NCBI GenBank assembly: GCA_028707005.1
Contig: JAQTVB010000001.1
Span: forward strand, 755-64,754
From: Patescibacteria group bacterium
Lineage (GTDB): Bacteria > Patescibacteriota > Patescibacteriia > Patescibacteriales > GWC2-42-12
Length of the DNA: 64,000 nt
Direction of reading: 5' to 3'
The position numbers and the translations under genes were made by a program. The notes below the pieces were generated by a model that saw only the letters and a list, made by a program, of their open reading frames with translations, ran no database searches and was not told the origin of the DNA. Positions 1 through 9,394 of the stretch are shown piece by piece; the first letter of the stretch is position 1, and the number at the start of each line of letters is the position of its first letter.

Positions 1-416
1 TTATTAACCGCCTTGGTAACCGCCCCGGTAACGTCGGCGCCTTTGGCCAAACCGATGGCCACTCTGCCCTTTTTATTGCCAATAGCCACGCAGGCCCTGA
101 AGCGCATTCTCTTGCCCCCGGCCATAACTCTGGTTACTCTGGCGATATCAATCATTTTTTGTTCAAACTCTTCGTCTTTGCCCTCGCCTCGGCCGCGCGG
201 AGCTCCTCGCTTGCCCTTAAAATTTTTCCTTCTGTCTCCGCCTCTTTCGCCAAAACCGGATCCGGACGAAAGATTATTTTTCGCTCCGGCCGCCGGCGCG
301 GCACGTCCGCTATCGCCGCGCGCAGGAGTGATTGGGCGGACAGCTTTAACCTTAGCTTCCGTGGCCGGCGCTATTTCACTTTTCTTATTCTCTTGTGGTT
401 TTTTTTCTTCCGTCAT
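1..416 (-). CDS. rpsE: 30S ribosomal protein S5 (runs off window), long N-terminal extension
   Basis: Manual translation from ATG at 416: MTEEKK...EFEQKMIDIARVTRVMAGGKRMRFRACVAIGNKKGRVAIGLAKG; follows rplR. Confidence 0.96.
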   Translation of the reverse strand, partial: MTEEKKPQENKKSEIAPATEAKVKAVRPITPARGDSGRAAPAAGAKNNLSSGSGFGERGGDRRKNFKGKRGAPRGRGEGKDEEFEQKMIDIARVTRVMAGGKRMRFRACVAIGNKKGRVAIGLAKGADVTGAVTKAVN

Positions 417-431
417 ATTGATACTCTAAAA

Positions 432-785
432 TTAAAATTGTAATCCCCCCGCTCTTGCTCCTTCGGCCAGCGCCTTTACCCGGCCGTGGTATTTATAGCC
501 ATTACGGTCAAACACTACCTTGCTGATGCCTTTTTTAACGGCTTTTTGAGCAATTAACTTGCCCAACTCCAAGCTCACGGCAACTTTTTTATCTTTAATT
601 TTCACTTCGCCGGCGCTGGCGCTCACTACTGTTTTGCCAATCTGATCATTGATTATCTGAACATAAAAGCCGCGGTTTGATCTAAATACGCTTAATCTGG
701 GGCAAGCGGCTGTGCCGTTTACTTTAGCTCTTACTCTGCCTTTGCGCCTGATTCTTTTGCCTTGTTTTATTTTATTTTTATCCAT
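432..785 (-). CDS. rplR: 50S ribosomal protein L18
   Basis: PRLSVFRSN, VVFDRNGYKYHGRVKALAEGARAGGLQF; start trimmed to MDKNK because upstream codons are repeat DNA. Confidence 0.97.
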   Translation of the reverse strand: MDKNKIKQGKRIRRKGRVRAKVNGTAACPRLSVFRSNRGFYVQIINDQIGKTVVSASAGEVKIKDKKVAVSLELGKLIAQKAVKKGISKVVFDRNGYKYHGRVKALAEGARAGGLQF

Positions 786-870
786 ATAGTTAATGCGAAT
801 CTGCGAATTCGTGCGAATGCCACGAATAACTAATTTCATTTGCGGCATTCGCATGCTATTCGCAGGCGAG

Positions 871-1422
871 TTACTTGGTTTCGGTCTTGCCGGCCGTCTT
901 GCCGGCCTTGCGCCTTAATATTTCATCGCTATATTTAATGCCCTTGCCTTTATAAGGTTCTGGCTTCCTGATTCTTCTGATGCGCGCCGCCGTTTCTCCA
1001 ACAAGATATTTATCGATGCCGCTCACAGTAATGATATTGGCTTGAACGTCGGCTTTGATTCCGGCCGGCAATTCATAAACTACCGGGTGGGAAAATCCCA
1101 CATTCAGCGTTAATTTGCTGCCGCTTACCGCCGCCTTGAAACCCACGCCGTTAATCTCCAATTTTTTGGAATATGGCTGATTGACTCCGGTTACCATGTT
1201 ATTTATCAAACTCCTGAACAAGCCCCACAAAGCCTTGTCCTTTACTTTTGTTTGGTCGCCGATGCTAAGCGTAACTGCTTTATCGGTTATAGCAGCTTTG
1301 ACTGATTCATGCAATTTGGTTTTAAGCTCGCCTTTCGGTCCCTTGACGATAATAAAACCGCTCTCAAGTTTTACTTGAGTTCCCTGGGGTAATTCAATTG
1401 GCAATTTTCCTAATCTCGACAT
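871..1422 (-). CDS. rplF: 50S ribosomal protein L6
   Basis: MSRLGKLPI...RKPEPYKGKGIKY. Confidence 0.98.
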   Translation of the reverse strand: MSRLGKLPIELPQGTQVKLESGFIIVKGPKGELKTKLHESVKAAITDKAVTLSIGDQTKVKDKALWGLFRSLINNMVTGVNQPYSKKLEINGVGFKAAVSGSKLTLNVGFSHPVVYELPAGIKADVQANIITVSGIDKYLVGETAARIRRIRKPEPYKGKGIKYSDEILRRKAGKTAGKTETK

Positions 1423-1509
1423 AGTTTTATTCAATCTGCAATTACGAATTATCAATTAACAATTTCATGATTTTAATTCGTAATTCGTAATTTTTCATTG
1501 ATCATTGAT
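1423..1509. repeat. Inverted heptamer-array hairpin (AATTACG/AATTATC vs CGTAATT)
   Basis: caattacgaattatcaatt ... aattcgtaattcgtaatt fills the rpsH-rplF gap. Confidence 0.75.
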
Positions 1510-1920
1510 TTAATATATTTCGCAAATCACTTCTCCGCCGATGCCTTGCTTTTTGGCCTCTTTGTTGGTCATTAAGCCGCGCGGAGTGGAAATAATCGCG
1601 ATGCCCAAATTATTCAACACTTTAGGCAGCTCTGTTTTACCCGCGTAGACCCTTCTACCCGGCGTGCTTACTTTCTTTAAGCAAGAAATCATCGGCTGGC
1701 CGTTCTTATATTTTAATTCAATCTTTATTTCATTAAAGGCGGAACTTGAATTCTTTTTGGCCGCGACTTTAATTATCTCCACTTTCTCAATCCAGCCGCC
1801 CTGCTCTAAAATTTTCGCAATATTATATTTCATTCTGCTCATAGGCAAAACAACCGTTTTTTTATTTACGGCTTGTGCATTCCTGATTCTTGTTAGCATG
1901 TCTGCGATTGGATCGGTCAT
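1510..1920 (-). CDS. rpsH: 30S ribosomal protein S8
   Basis: MTDPIADMLTRIRNA...LGIAIISTPRGLMT...GGEVIC. Confidence 0.98.
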   Translation of the reverse strand: MTDPIADMLTRIRNAQAVNKKTVVLPMSRMKYNIAKILEQGGWIEKVEIIKVAAKKNSSSAFNEIKIELKYKNGQPMISCLKKVSTPGRRVYAGKTELPKVLNNLGIAIISTPRGLMTNKEAKKQGIGGEVICEIY

Positions 1921-2017
1921 ATTTAATAAATTTACAATTACGAATTATCAATTACGAATTATTTTATTCATTTATTTAACTAATTCGTAATTCTTAATTG
2001 TTAATTGATAATTGAAA
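1921..2017. repeat. Inverted heptamer-array hairpin
   Basis: caattacgaattatcaattacgaatt ... aattcgtaattcttaattgttaattgataattg. Confidence 0.75.
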
Positions 2018-2203
2018 TTACCAGCTGGACTTGGTGACTCCCGGTATATCGTTATTGGACGCCAGTTCCCTGAAACAAATGCGGCATAAGCCAAAATCTC
2101 TCATATAGCCGTGATTGCGGCCGCAGCGCCAGCAGCGCCTGATAATTCTGGTGGAAAATTTTGGTTTTCTTTTGGCTTTTACGATTAAAGCTGTTCTTGG
2201 CAT
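2018..2203 (-). CDS. rpsN: 30S ribosomal protein S14, zinc-binding type Z
   Basis: 61 aa, RRCWRCGR...[10 protein letters not shown]. Confidence 0.97.
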   Translation of the reverse strand: MPRTALIVKAKRKPKFSTRIIRRCWRCGRNHGYMRDFGLCRICFRELASNNDIPGVTKSSW

Positions 2204-2220
2204 ATAGACAATAATTTAAA

Positions 2221-2796
2221 TTATTTTTTCTTAATTTTTCCCGCTTTAGGCTCAGTCTCATCCGCCCTGAAAGGGAAACCTAGTAATTTAAACAACTCTA
2301 GGCCTTGCTCGCGGTTTTTCGCAGTGGTGCTAAGGCAGACTCCCAAACCATGGATGTTTTCCGCTTCGTCGGCTTTAATTTCCGGGAAAGCGATATGCTC
2401 CTTAAAACCAACGGCCAAGTTGCCATGATTGTCTACCTGTTGCTGGCTGATGCCCCTGAAATCTCTGATTCTGGGAAAAGTTATATCAACTAATTTATCC
2501 ACGAAATCATACATTCTTTTATTGCGCAAAGTCACCGCCACTCCCAAAGTCATGCCTTTCCTGGTTTTAAAAGCGGAAATTGACTGTTTGGCTTTTGTTA
2601 AAATCGGCTTTTGGCCGCTAATCCTTTCCAAGCTGGAAACAACGCTATCTATAAAAGCCTTATCTTTGGCATTCCTGCCCACGCCGGAATTCAGCACAAC
2701 TTTAACCAGGCGCGGCACGGCCATGACGTTCTTATAACCGAATTTCGCGATCATTTTCGGAATTATTTCTTTTTGGTATCTCTCTTTTAAATTCAT
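2221..2796 (-). CDS. rplE: 50S ribosomal protein L5
   Basis: VPRLVKVVLNSGVG, ISGQKP, PRIRDFRG. Confidence 0.98.
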   Translation of the reverse strand: MNLKERYQKEIIPKMIAKFGYKNVMAVPRLVKVVLNSGVGRNAKDKAFIDSVVSSLERISGQKPILTKAKQSISAFKTRKGMTLGVAVTLRNKRMYDFVDKLVDITFPRIRDFRGISQQQVDNHGNLAVGFKEHIAFPEIKADEAENIHGLGVCLSTTAKNREQGLELFKLLGFPFRADETEPKAGKIKKK

Positions 2797-2812
2797 ATAT
2801 GCGAATTCTTAA

Positions 2813-3145
2813 TTAATCTATCGCTTGCTTGCATTTTTTACAAACCCTTACTTTTTTCTTATGTTTAACTTCATTTTTCACGACTTCTATATATTTATAG
2901 CCTACTCTGGTCGGCCGATCGCAGGCTTTGCAAACCAAGATGACATTTGATAAGTCCAGGGGCGCGGGAAATTCAATTCTCTGCCCTTTCTCGCCCTGCT
3001 TCCTCGGGCGCATATGCTTAATCAAAAGATTCAAGCCTTCAATCGAAGCCCGGTTGCCTAAGGGAAAAACTTGCAAAACTTTGCCGGTCTTGCCCTTGTC
3101 TTTGCCTGCTAATATTTTTACTTTGTCTCCCTTCTTTATCTTCAT
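2813..3145 (-). CDS. rplX: 50S ribosomal protein L24
   Basis: MKIKKGDKVKILAGKDKGKTGKV KOW motif. Confidence 0.98.
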   Translation of the reverse strand: MKIKKGDKVKILAGKDKGKTGKVLQVFPLGNRASIEGLNLLIKHMRPRKQGEKGQRIEFPAPLDLSNVILVCKACDRPTRVGYKYIEVVKNEVKHKKKVRVCKKCKQAID

Positions 3146-3168
3146 ATAATTCTTAATTGATAATTGAC

Positions 3169-3540
3169 TTATAGCACCTCCGGCGCCAGCGAAGCAATCT
3201 TGGCAAAACCCAACTGCTTTAATTCGCGCGCCACCGGGCCGAAAATTCTTGTGCCTTTAGGATCTTTTTTATCTTTTTCAATAATAACGCAAGCGTTATC
3301 GTCAAAACGTAAATACGCGCCGTCAGAACGCCTGATTTCTTTTTTGGTTCTGATGATTACTGCCTGCGCAATGTCTCCGTCTTTAATCGCGGTATGCGGT
3401 TCAGCTTCTTTAATTACTACGGTAATAATCTCCCCGACGCTGGCATATCGTTTTTTGTAACCGCCTTGAATTCTAATGCACATCGCTCTTTTAGCGCCAG
3501 TATTATCAGCAACTTTTAATATTGTTTGTACCTGTATCAT
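3169..3540 (-). CDS. rplN: 50S ribosomal protein L14
   Basis: [17 protein letters not shown]...[12 protein letters not shown]...SLAPEVL. Confidence 0.98.
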   Translation of the reverse strand: MIQVQTILKVADNTGAKRAMCIRIQGGYKKRYASVGEIITVVIKEAEPHTAIKDGDIAQAVIIRTKKEIRRSDGAYLRFDDNACVIIEKDKKDPKGTRIFGPVARELKQLGFAKIASLAPEVL

Positions 3541-3571
3541 ACCTTAATTTCAAATTTAAAATTTAAAATTC

Positions 3572-3841
3572 TTAATATATCATGCGCCAGCGCTTTTCTT
3601 TGCTTAACGGGCGGCATTCAACAAACCGCACTTTATCGCCGACTTTATATTGATTCTTCTCGTCATGAACTTTGAACTTCCTGCTTACTTTAAACCGTTT
3701 ATGGTATTTCGGATATATTCTGGCGGTTTCAACCGCGACCACTCTGGTTTTATCCATTTTATCGCCTATAACCACGCCGCTAAACTTGCGTTTAATGACT
3801 TGGCGCTTAGCTGGCTGGCTATTTTGACTTTGTTCTACCAT
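3572..3841 (-). CDS. rpsQ: 30S ribosomal protein S17
   Basis: KMDKTRVV, HDEKN, GDKVRFVECRPLSKEKRW; start at MVEQ. Confidence 0.96.
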   Translation of the reverse strand: MVEQSQNSQPAKRQVIKRKFSGVVIGDKMDKTRVVAVETARIYPKYHKRFKVSRKFKVHDEKNQYKVGDKVRFVECRPLSKEKRWRMIY

Positions 3842-3869
3842 ATTTATTATATTAATTTTCAATGGAAAA

Positions 3870-4061
3870 TTATTTTTTATTCTTATGATTTATTAATGTT
3901 AAAATCCGTGCAATTGTCCTTTTTATCACCCTAATCTCTCTAACATCTTTCAGCTGCTTATTAGCATCCTTAAAGCGCAAATCTCTCAATTTGTCGCGAG
4001 ATTCGTCCAAGATTTTCCTCAATTCTTTTTCGGTTTTAAGTTTTAATTCTTTTAAATCCAT
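3870..4061 (-). CDS. rpmC: 50S ribosomal protein L29
   Basis: MDLKELK...LRDLRF...IKRTIARILT; lies between rplP and rpsQ. Confidence 0.94.
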   Translation of the reverse strand: MDLKELKLKTEKELRKILDESRDKLRDLRFKDANKQLKDVREIRVIKRTIARILTLINHKNKK

Positions 4062-4069
4062 ATAATATT

Positions 4070-4474
4070 TTATTTCTTGATGTATTTGCAATTAACCGGC
4101 AACTTATAAGCGGCCATCTTCATGGCTTCCTTGGCTTCTGGTTCGCTGATGCCGGCTATTTCAAACATTATCATGCCGGGTTTAACCACGGCGACATAAT
4201 GGTCAACCGCGCCCTTGCCTTTACCCATGGGAATTTCTCCGCCCTTAACCGTCACTGATTTATCCGGGAAAATTCTGATCCAAAGCCTGCCGCCTTTGCT
4301 GATATATCTGGTTAAAACTTTTCTGGCTGCTTCAATCTGCCGGGAGGTTACCCAGTAAGCGCCCAAACTCTTTAGGCCGTAATCGCCAAAGCTCAACTTA
4401 ATCATCTGCGAGGCTTTGCCTCCCCTTTTACGCTTATGCGACTTTCTCCATTTTGTTTTTTTTGGCATCAACAT
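4070..4474 (-). CDS. rplP: 50S ribosomal protein L16
   Basis: MLMPKKTKWRK, RQIEAAR, WIRIFPDK, MGKGKG. Confidence 0.98.
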   Translation of the reverse strand: MLMPKKTKWRKSHKRKRGGKASQMIKLSFGDYGLKSLGAYWVTSRQIEAARKVLTRYISKGGRLWIRIFPDKSVTVKGGEIPMGKGKGAVDHYVAVVKPGMIMFEIAGISEPEAKEAMKMAAYKLPVNCKYIKK

Positions 4475-4565
4475 AGATTCAATTACAAATTGTCAATTAT
4501 CAATTACGAATTCACTTTATATTTGACGATTCTTAATTCGTAATTTTTAATTTTAAATTGGCTAA
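4475..4565. repeat. Inverted heptamer-array hairpin abutting rplP start
   Basis: 38-nt box 4475-4512 differs at one base from boxes at 5256-5293 and 5932-5969. Confidence 0.8.
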
Positions 4566-5255
4566 TTACTTCTTTTCTCCGACAATTTCTCCTTTGGCAG
4601 TCTCGCTTTCTTTCTTAAACACATCTCCCTTATATATCCATAACTTTATTCCAATGGTTCCATAGGTGGTTTTGGCCGTGGCTTTGGCGAAATCAATATC
4701 GGCTCTTAAGGTGTGCAACGGAACTTTGCCCGAGGTAAGCATTTCCGTCCTGGCGATTTCCGCGCCATTTAACCGGCCGCTGATAATTACTTTTACTCCT
4801 AAAGCGCCCGCTCTTTCTATCCGGCTAATCGCCTGCTTCATTACTCTTCTGAAAGGCATTCTTTTTTCAATGTCAATCGCCATCAAACCGGCGATAATCG
4901 CGCTCGATAAATTCGGCCTGTCAAATTCCGTGATATTCAAATTTATATCGCCCAACTTGAAATTCTTTAAAAATTTATCATGCAATTTCTTTTTTAAATC
5001 ACCCGCGCCGCTACCGCCGCGGCCGATTATAATCCCCGGCTTAGCCGTAAAAATACCGATTACAACCTTATGCCCGCTTCTTTCTATCTCCACCCGATCC
5101 ACGCCGGCTTCCCTAAACTCGGTGAATAAATATTTTCTTAAATTAACATCCTGCTCTAAATTTTTAATTAAAATCTTTCCAGTAGCAAACCATCGGGACG
5201 GCCAAGTCCTGGTAATATTCAACCTAAATACTTTTGGATTTACTTTATGTCCCAT
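4566..5255 (-). CDS. rpsC: 30S ribosomal protein S3
   Basis: MGHKVNP...SGRLNGAEIAR...PLHTLRADID. Confidence 0.98.
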   Translation of the reverse strand: MGHKVNPKVFRLNITRTWPSRWFATGKILIKNLEQDVNLRKYLFTEFREAGVDRVEIERSGHKVVIGIFTAKPGIIIGRGGSGAGDLKKKLHDKFLKNFKLGDINLNITEFDRPNLSSAIIAGLMAIDIEKRMPFRRVMKQAISRIERAGALGVKVIISGRLNGAEIARTEMLTSGKVPLHTLRADIDFAKATAKTTYGTIGIKLWIYKGDVFKKESETAKGEIVGEKK

Positions 5256-5342
5256 AGATTCAATTACAAATTATCAATTATCAATTACGAATTAAGGAAT
5301 TTATAATTTTTAATTCGTAATTTTTAATTTTTAATTGATTTA
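5256..5342. repeat. Inverted heptamer-array hairpin abutting rpsC start
   Basis: agattcaattacaaattatcaattatcaattacgaatt ... aattcgtaatttttaatttttaattg. Confidence 0.8.
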
Positions 5343-5927
5343 TTATCCGCTCTTTCTCCTAAACATCTTCCCCACAAACCCCTTGCTGCCGCCTTCTATC
5401 CTGGCGTGGCCGCGGCGTCCTTCCATCCTCGGATCGGTAATTACTTTGCCTTCTTCTTTGGTTTCAATGTTCTTTTCTTTCTTGTCTTTTTTGGCCGGTT
5501 CTTTGATTTCAACGGCCGGTTCTTTTTTGGGCTTGGTTTCAAGCTTAATCGGCGAGGCCAAAACCTGCTTTTTCGCAGCCACCTTGCCCGAAGGCTTAAT
5601 CTCATCTAAAACCAAGTAAATATGACTGGTCCGTTTTCTGATGGGTGTTGCTCGTCCGTGCGCTCTGGGCATCCAGCGCTTCAAAGTCGGACCCTGGCCG
5701 ATGGTTATTTCTTTTATGAATAAATTATCTTTAACCAATTCAAAATTGTGCTCGGCGTTCGCCATGGCTGATTTTATGAGCTTAGCTACCGGCCCGGCGG
5801 CCAATTTATCTATAAATTGCAACTGGTCCAGCGCTTTGACTACCGGCATTTTTTTTATCAAATTAGCCACCAGTCTTATCTTGGTCGGCGACATTTTGAT
5901 AAATTTTAATTTCGCTTTTACTTCCAT
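5343..5927 (-). CDS. rplV: 50S ribosomal protein L22 with ~80-aa C-terminal extension
   Basis: SPTKIRLVA, SAMANAEHN, KRWMPRAHGRA, KRTSHI. Confidence 0.97.
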   Translation of the reverse strand: MEVKAKLKFIKMSPTKIRLVANLIKKMPVVKALDQLQFIDKLAAGPVAKLIKSAMANAEHNFELVKDNLFIKEITIGQGPTLKRWMPRAHGRATPIRKRTSHIYLVLDEIKPSGKVAAKKQVLASPIKLETKPKKEPAVEIKEPAKKDKKEKNIETKEEGKVITDPRMEGRRGHARIEGGSKGFVGKMFRRKSG

Positions 5928-5975
5928 AAATAGATTCAATTACAAATTATCAATTATCAATTACGAATTATTGAT

Positions 5976-6314
5976 TTACTTGCCTGCTTTCGGCGCTGGC
6001 GCTCCGGCTGGCGCTGGCGCTCCGGCCGCGGCCGATTCTCTGGCCTGATCTTTGGCCATCTTGCCGCCATGGCTGATAAATTTCCTGGTTGGTGAAAATT
6101 CTCCCAGCTTGTGCCCTACCATATTTTCCACAATAAAAACCGGCACATGTTGCTTGCCATTATGCACGCCGATGGTAAAGCCTACCATTTCCGGAGCAAT
6201 CGTACAAGCCCTGTCCCAAACCTTAATAACGGCCTTATCCCCCTGGCGCAAGGCTCTGATTTTTTTCATTAATCTTTCGTTAACGTATGGCCCTTTTTTC
6301 AACGATCTGGACAT
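5976..6314 (-). CDS. rpsS: 30S ribosomal protein S19
   Basis: MSRSLKKGP...HNGK...[11 protein letters not shown]; Ala/Pro tail. Confidence 0.98.
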   Translation of the reverse strand: MSRSLKKGPYVNERLMKKIRALRQGDKAVIKVWDRACTIAPEMVGFTIGVHNGKQHVPVFIVENMVGHKLGEFSPTRKFISHGGKMAKDQARESAAAGAPAPAGAPAPKAGK

Positions 6315-6326
6315 ATATTATATAAA

Positions 6327-7160
6327 TTATTTTACTCTTCTTGAAATAATTAATCTATTGGATCTCTTTTTGTGGTCCCTGGTTTTGACTCCCAGCGCCG
6401 GTTTGCCCCATTTTGTCTTCGGGTGCCTTAAACCGATTGATTGCTTGCCTTCACCGCCGCCATGCGGATGGTCCACCGGATTCATGGCCGTTCCTCTTAC
6501 CGTCGGCCTTACGCCCAAAAGTCTTTGCCGGCCGGCTCGGCCGATAACGATGTGATTTCTGTCCGGATTGCTTACTTGGCCGATTGTGCAAAGGCACTCT
6601 TTGTTCACCAGCCGAATTTCGCTGGAAGGCATTTTAATCTGCGCATAATCCCCTTCAACGCCCATCACAGACGCTAAATTGCCTGCCGCGCGGGCGACGC
6701 GCGCGCCCCGTCCCGGCTCTAATTCAAGATTATAAACCTGGATGCCGGCAGGAATGAATTTAATGGGCATGGCATTGCCGGTTTTAATTTCAATTTTATT
6801 CTTTGAACTTAAAATTTCCTCGCCGACATTCAGGCCCAGCGGCATAATGATATATCTTTTTTCGCCGTCTTTATAATATACCAAGCCGATTCTTGCACCG
6901 CGGTTCGGATCATATTCAATAGACATTACCTTGCCCGGAATATCAAATTTGTCTCTTTTAAAATCAATTTGGCGGAGATATCTTTTAACGCCGCCGCCCT
7001 GATGGCGCACCGTAATCTTGCCGGTGTTGTTTCTGCCCGCCTGGGGCTTCTTGATGGTAATCAAACTCGGCTCCGGTTCAGTTTTGGTAATATCCAAAAA
7101 ATCGTCGAATGTTGCCGACCGCCTGCCTGATGATGTAGGTTTTACTATTTTAATTCCCAT
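6327..7160 (-). CDS. rplB: 50S ribosomal protein L2
   Basis: GRNNTGKITVRHQGGG, EYDPNR, RPTVRGTAMNPVDHPHGGGEG. Confidence 0.99.
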   Translation of the reverse strand: MGIKIVKPTSSGRRSATFDDFLDITKTEPEPSLITIKKPQAGRNNTGKITVRHQGGGVKRYLRQIDFKRDKFDIPGKVMSIEYDPNRGARIGLVYYKDGEKRYIIMPLGLNVGEEILSSKNKIEIKTGNAMPIKFIPAGIQVYNLELEPGRGARVARAAGNLASVMGVEGDYAQIKMPSSEIRLVNKECLCTIGQVSNPDRNHIVIGRAGRQRLLGVRPTVRGTAMNPVDHPHGGGEGKQSIGLRHPKTKWGKPALGVKTRDHKKRSNRLIISRRVK

Positions 7161-7244
7161 AGAATCAATTACGAATTATCAATTACGAATTACGAATTTT
7201 TGTAATCTTAATTGATAATTGTTAATTCGTAATTTTTAATTGAA

Positions 7245-7730
7245 CTAAACTCCTTCGTAAATTTTAATGGTCTGGCCTTCGGGCAAGGTTACAATAGCCT
7301 TCTTCCAATCTTTTCTCTTGCCGCTGGTTCGGCCATAACGCGCCTTCTTGCCTATCTTATTAATAACGTTAACGCCGATCGGCTTGATGCCATAGATTTC
7401 TTTAACAGCTTTAGCTATTTCTATTTTATTGGCATCAAGCGCTACGGCGAAAACATATTTATTTAAAACACCTAAATTGCTCACTTTTTCAGTCACTAAC
7501 GGCTTGGCTAAAATTCTATAAGCATTGCCATAAACCGTTCTCACTTCCGTCTTTTTACCGCCGGCTTTAACGGTTTTCACGGTGCTGGGCGCGGCATACA
7601 AATCTTTCATGCTTTTGCCGGCCGGTTCGGTCTTAAGGACTTTTTTAGCAGCTTGAACCGGAGCGGGTTTTGCAACCTCTTTTGTCTTATCTGCTTTTTT
7701 ATCTTCAGTTTTCTTGCCGAATAGTGACAT
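7245..7730 (-). CDS. rplW: 50S ribosomal protein L23 with ~65-aa N-terminal extension
   Basis: ILAKPLVTEK, KYVFAV, ANKIEIAKAV, DWKKAIVTL. Confidence 0.96.
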   Translation of the reverse strand: MSLFGKKTEDKKADKTKEVAKPAPVQAAKKVLKTEPAGKSMKDLYAAPSTVKTVKAGGKKTEVRTVYGNAYRILAKPLVTEKVSNLGVLNKYVFAVALDANKIEIAKAVKEIYGIKPIGVNVINKIGKKARYGRTSGKRKDWKKAIVTLPEGQTIKIYEGV

Positions 7731-7874
7731 AGATTACAATTTTTAATTTTTAATTTTATAATTTTTAAATAATAACCAAATATTCTAATTTTTAATAAAA
7801 TGCGAGTCGTGAGAGCTGAATTATATTTAGTTATTAAAAATTAAGATATTATTTAAAAATTATAAAATTAAAAA

Positions 7875-8612
7875 TTACCCGTATCTTTCTTCCGTTTTTT
7901 TAATCGCCGCCTTGGTCATGATTAAATTTTTGTATTTCAATAAATCCACCACGTTGATATTATCTAAATTCTGCAATTTAATGCCGGGCAAATTTCTGAC
8001 CGAATTATTTAATTTTTCATCAGCCTTGTCCACCATAATTAATATGCTCCGCTTCTTGTTTTCTTGTTTTTTTGTTTTCTTGTTTTCTTGTTTTTTTACC
8101 TCTTGGCTTTTTTGCTTACCTGCTTCGGCTGGCTCGGCCGCGAGCGGCTTGGCGCCCGTCTGCTTTTCCAGGCCGGCAACAATGGCGTTAAACGCCTTGG
8201 TTTTATATTCGGCCATCGCCAATTGATCTAAAACTATAAAATGATTGCTGGCTACTTTATCGGACAAAGCCATAAAAATGGCCGCTTGTTTCATTTTTTT
8301 ATTGATTCTCAATTTGAAATTGCGGTCTTTCCTCGGACCGAAAGTCACTCCGCCGCCGCGCCAGATCGGCGAGCGAGAAGAACCATGGCGCGCCCGGCCC
8401 GTTCCCTTTTGCGCCCAAGGCTTTTTGCCGCCGCCGCGCACTTCGCTTCTAATCAAAGTATGCGCTAAAACTTTCCTCATGTTGGCCATCTGGGCAACCA
8501 CCGCCTGATGCACTAAAGCCGCGTTGGCTGGCACGCCAAAAATTTTGGCACTAAGCTCCATTTCTCCCTTTTCTTCCGCTTGCTGATTGTAGATTTTTAC
8601 TTTTATCGCCAT
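7875..8612 (-). CDS. rplD: 50S ribosomal protein L4 with internal low-complexity insertion
   Basis: [24 protein letters not shown]...GGGVTFGP. Confidence 0.98.
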   Translation of the reverse strand: MAIKVKIYNQQAEEKGEMELSAKIFGVPANAALVHQAVVAQMANMRKVLAHTLIRSEVRGGGKKPWAQKGTGRARHGSSRSPIWRGGGVTFGPRKDRNFKLRINKKMKQAAIFMALSDKVASNHFIVLDQLAMAEYKTKAFNAIVAGLEKQTGAKPLAAEPAEAGKQKSQEVKKQENKKTKKQENKKRSILIMVDKADEKLNNSVRNLPGIKLQNLDNINVVDLLKYKNLIMTKAAIKKTEERYG

Positions 8613-8624
8613 ATTTCATTATTA

Positions 8625-8738
8625 TTGTCATTGCGGGCTTGACCCGCAATCCAGGAGAGTGTGGCACGAACACATTATTTTACCATTCGCGTTCTTGCTA
8701 CATACTCCTGGATGGCGGCTCGGAGGCCGCCATGACAA
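8625..8738. repeat. TTGTCAT...ATGACAA-bordered palindromic element, empty copy
   Basis: Arms ttgtcattgcgggcttgacccgcaatccaggag and ctcctggatggcggctcggaggccgccatgacaa; each arm holds its own small hairpin. Confidence 0.8.
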
Positions 8739-8817
8739 AAATTATTCAAATCACTAATCTGTAAAATTGGGGGGAGTTTGCTTCCTCCGCCCCATGAGGA
8801 CTGGCCTCTCTAGACCT

Positions 8818-9339
8818 TTAGCTGGCCTCGTCGTCCAGCGCCGACCTGGCATCCCCATCGTATAGCAGTTTTCGCAAACGATCGGCAACGGCTCTGGCCG
8901 TAACCATCTTCTCAAATGCCCTCACAAACTGTCGGTGGTTGCGTCTCCACTGGATTGCCTCTTGGTCTTGGCTTAACTCAGCGGCCAGATCACGATACTC
9001 AACATCAAGTTCCGCCACCTCTTTTAGCACTACCGACTCGTTCACCATGATGAATAGTTGTGACATCAATGGTAGTGGTTGCAACAGCCTGCGCAGGCGT
9101 TCAACAAGGGCTCTGGCTCTAATCATTCGCTCAAACTTCCGGACGAACTCTTGATGTTCCTCTCTCCATTGGATTACCTCCTGGTATTGGCTTAACTCAG
9201 TGGCCAGATCACGATACTCGGCATCAAGCTCCGCCACCTCTTGGCGCAATTTTTCCACGTCCGCCACCACGAATGGCTGTGATTCAATTGGTCGTGGTCC
9301 AAACATCAGCTCCAACTCTGCTTCTGTAATTGCAATCAT
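8818..9339 (-). CDS. Hypothetical helical protein with internal duplication, inserted between rplC and rplD
   Basis: Two ~55-aa repeats EVAELD.EYRDLA.ELSQ.QE.IQWR..H..FVR.FE.M..ARA...RLR.LL; GGAGGT SD upstream. Confidence 0.8.
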   Translation of the reverse strand: MIAITEAELELMFGPRPIESQPFVVADVEKLRQEVAELDAEYRDLATELSQYQEVIQWREEHQEFVRKFERMIRARALVERLRRLLQPLPLMSQLFIMVNESVVLKEVAELDVEYRDLAAELSQDQEAIQWRRNHRQFVRAFEKMVTARAVADRLRKLLYDGDARSALDDEAS

Positions 9340-9394
9340 TTCTGACCTCCATTTCTCTTATTTGTTTTTTCTGTTTTTTATTCTATTGAAAATT

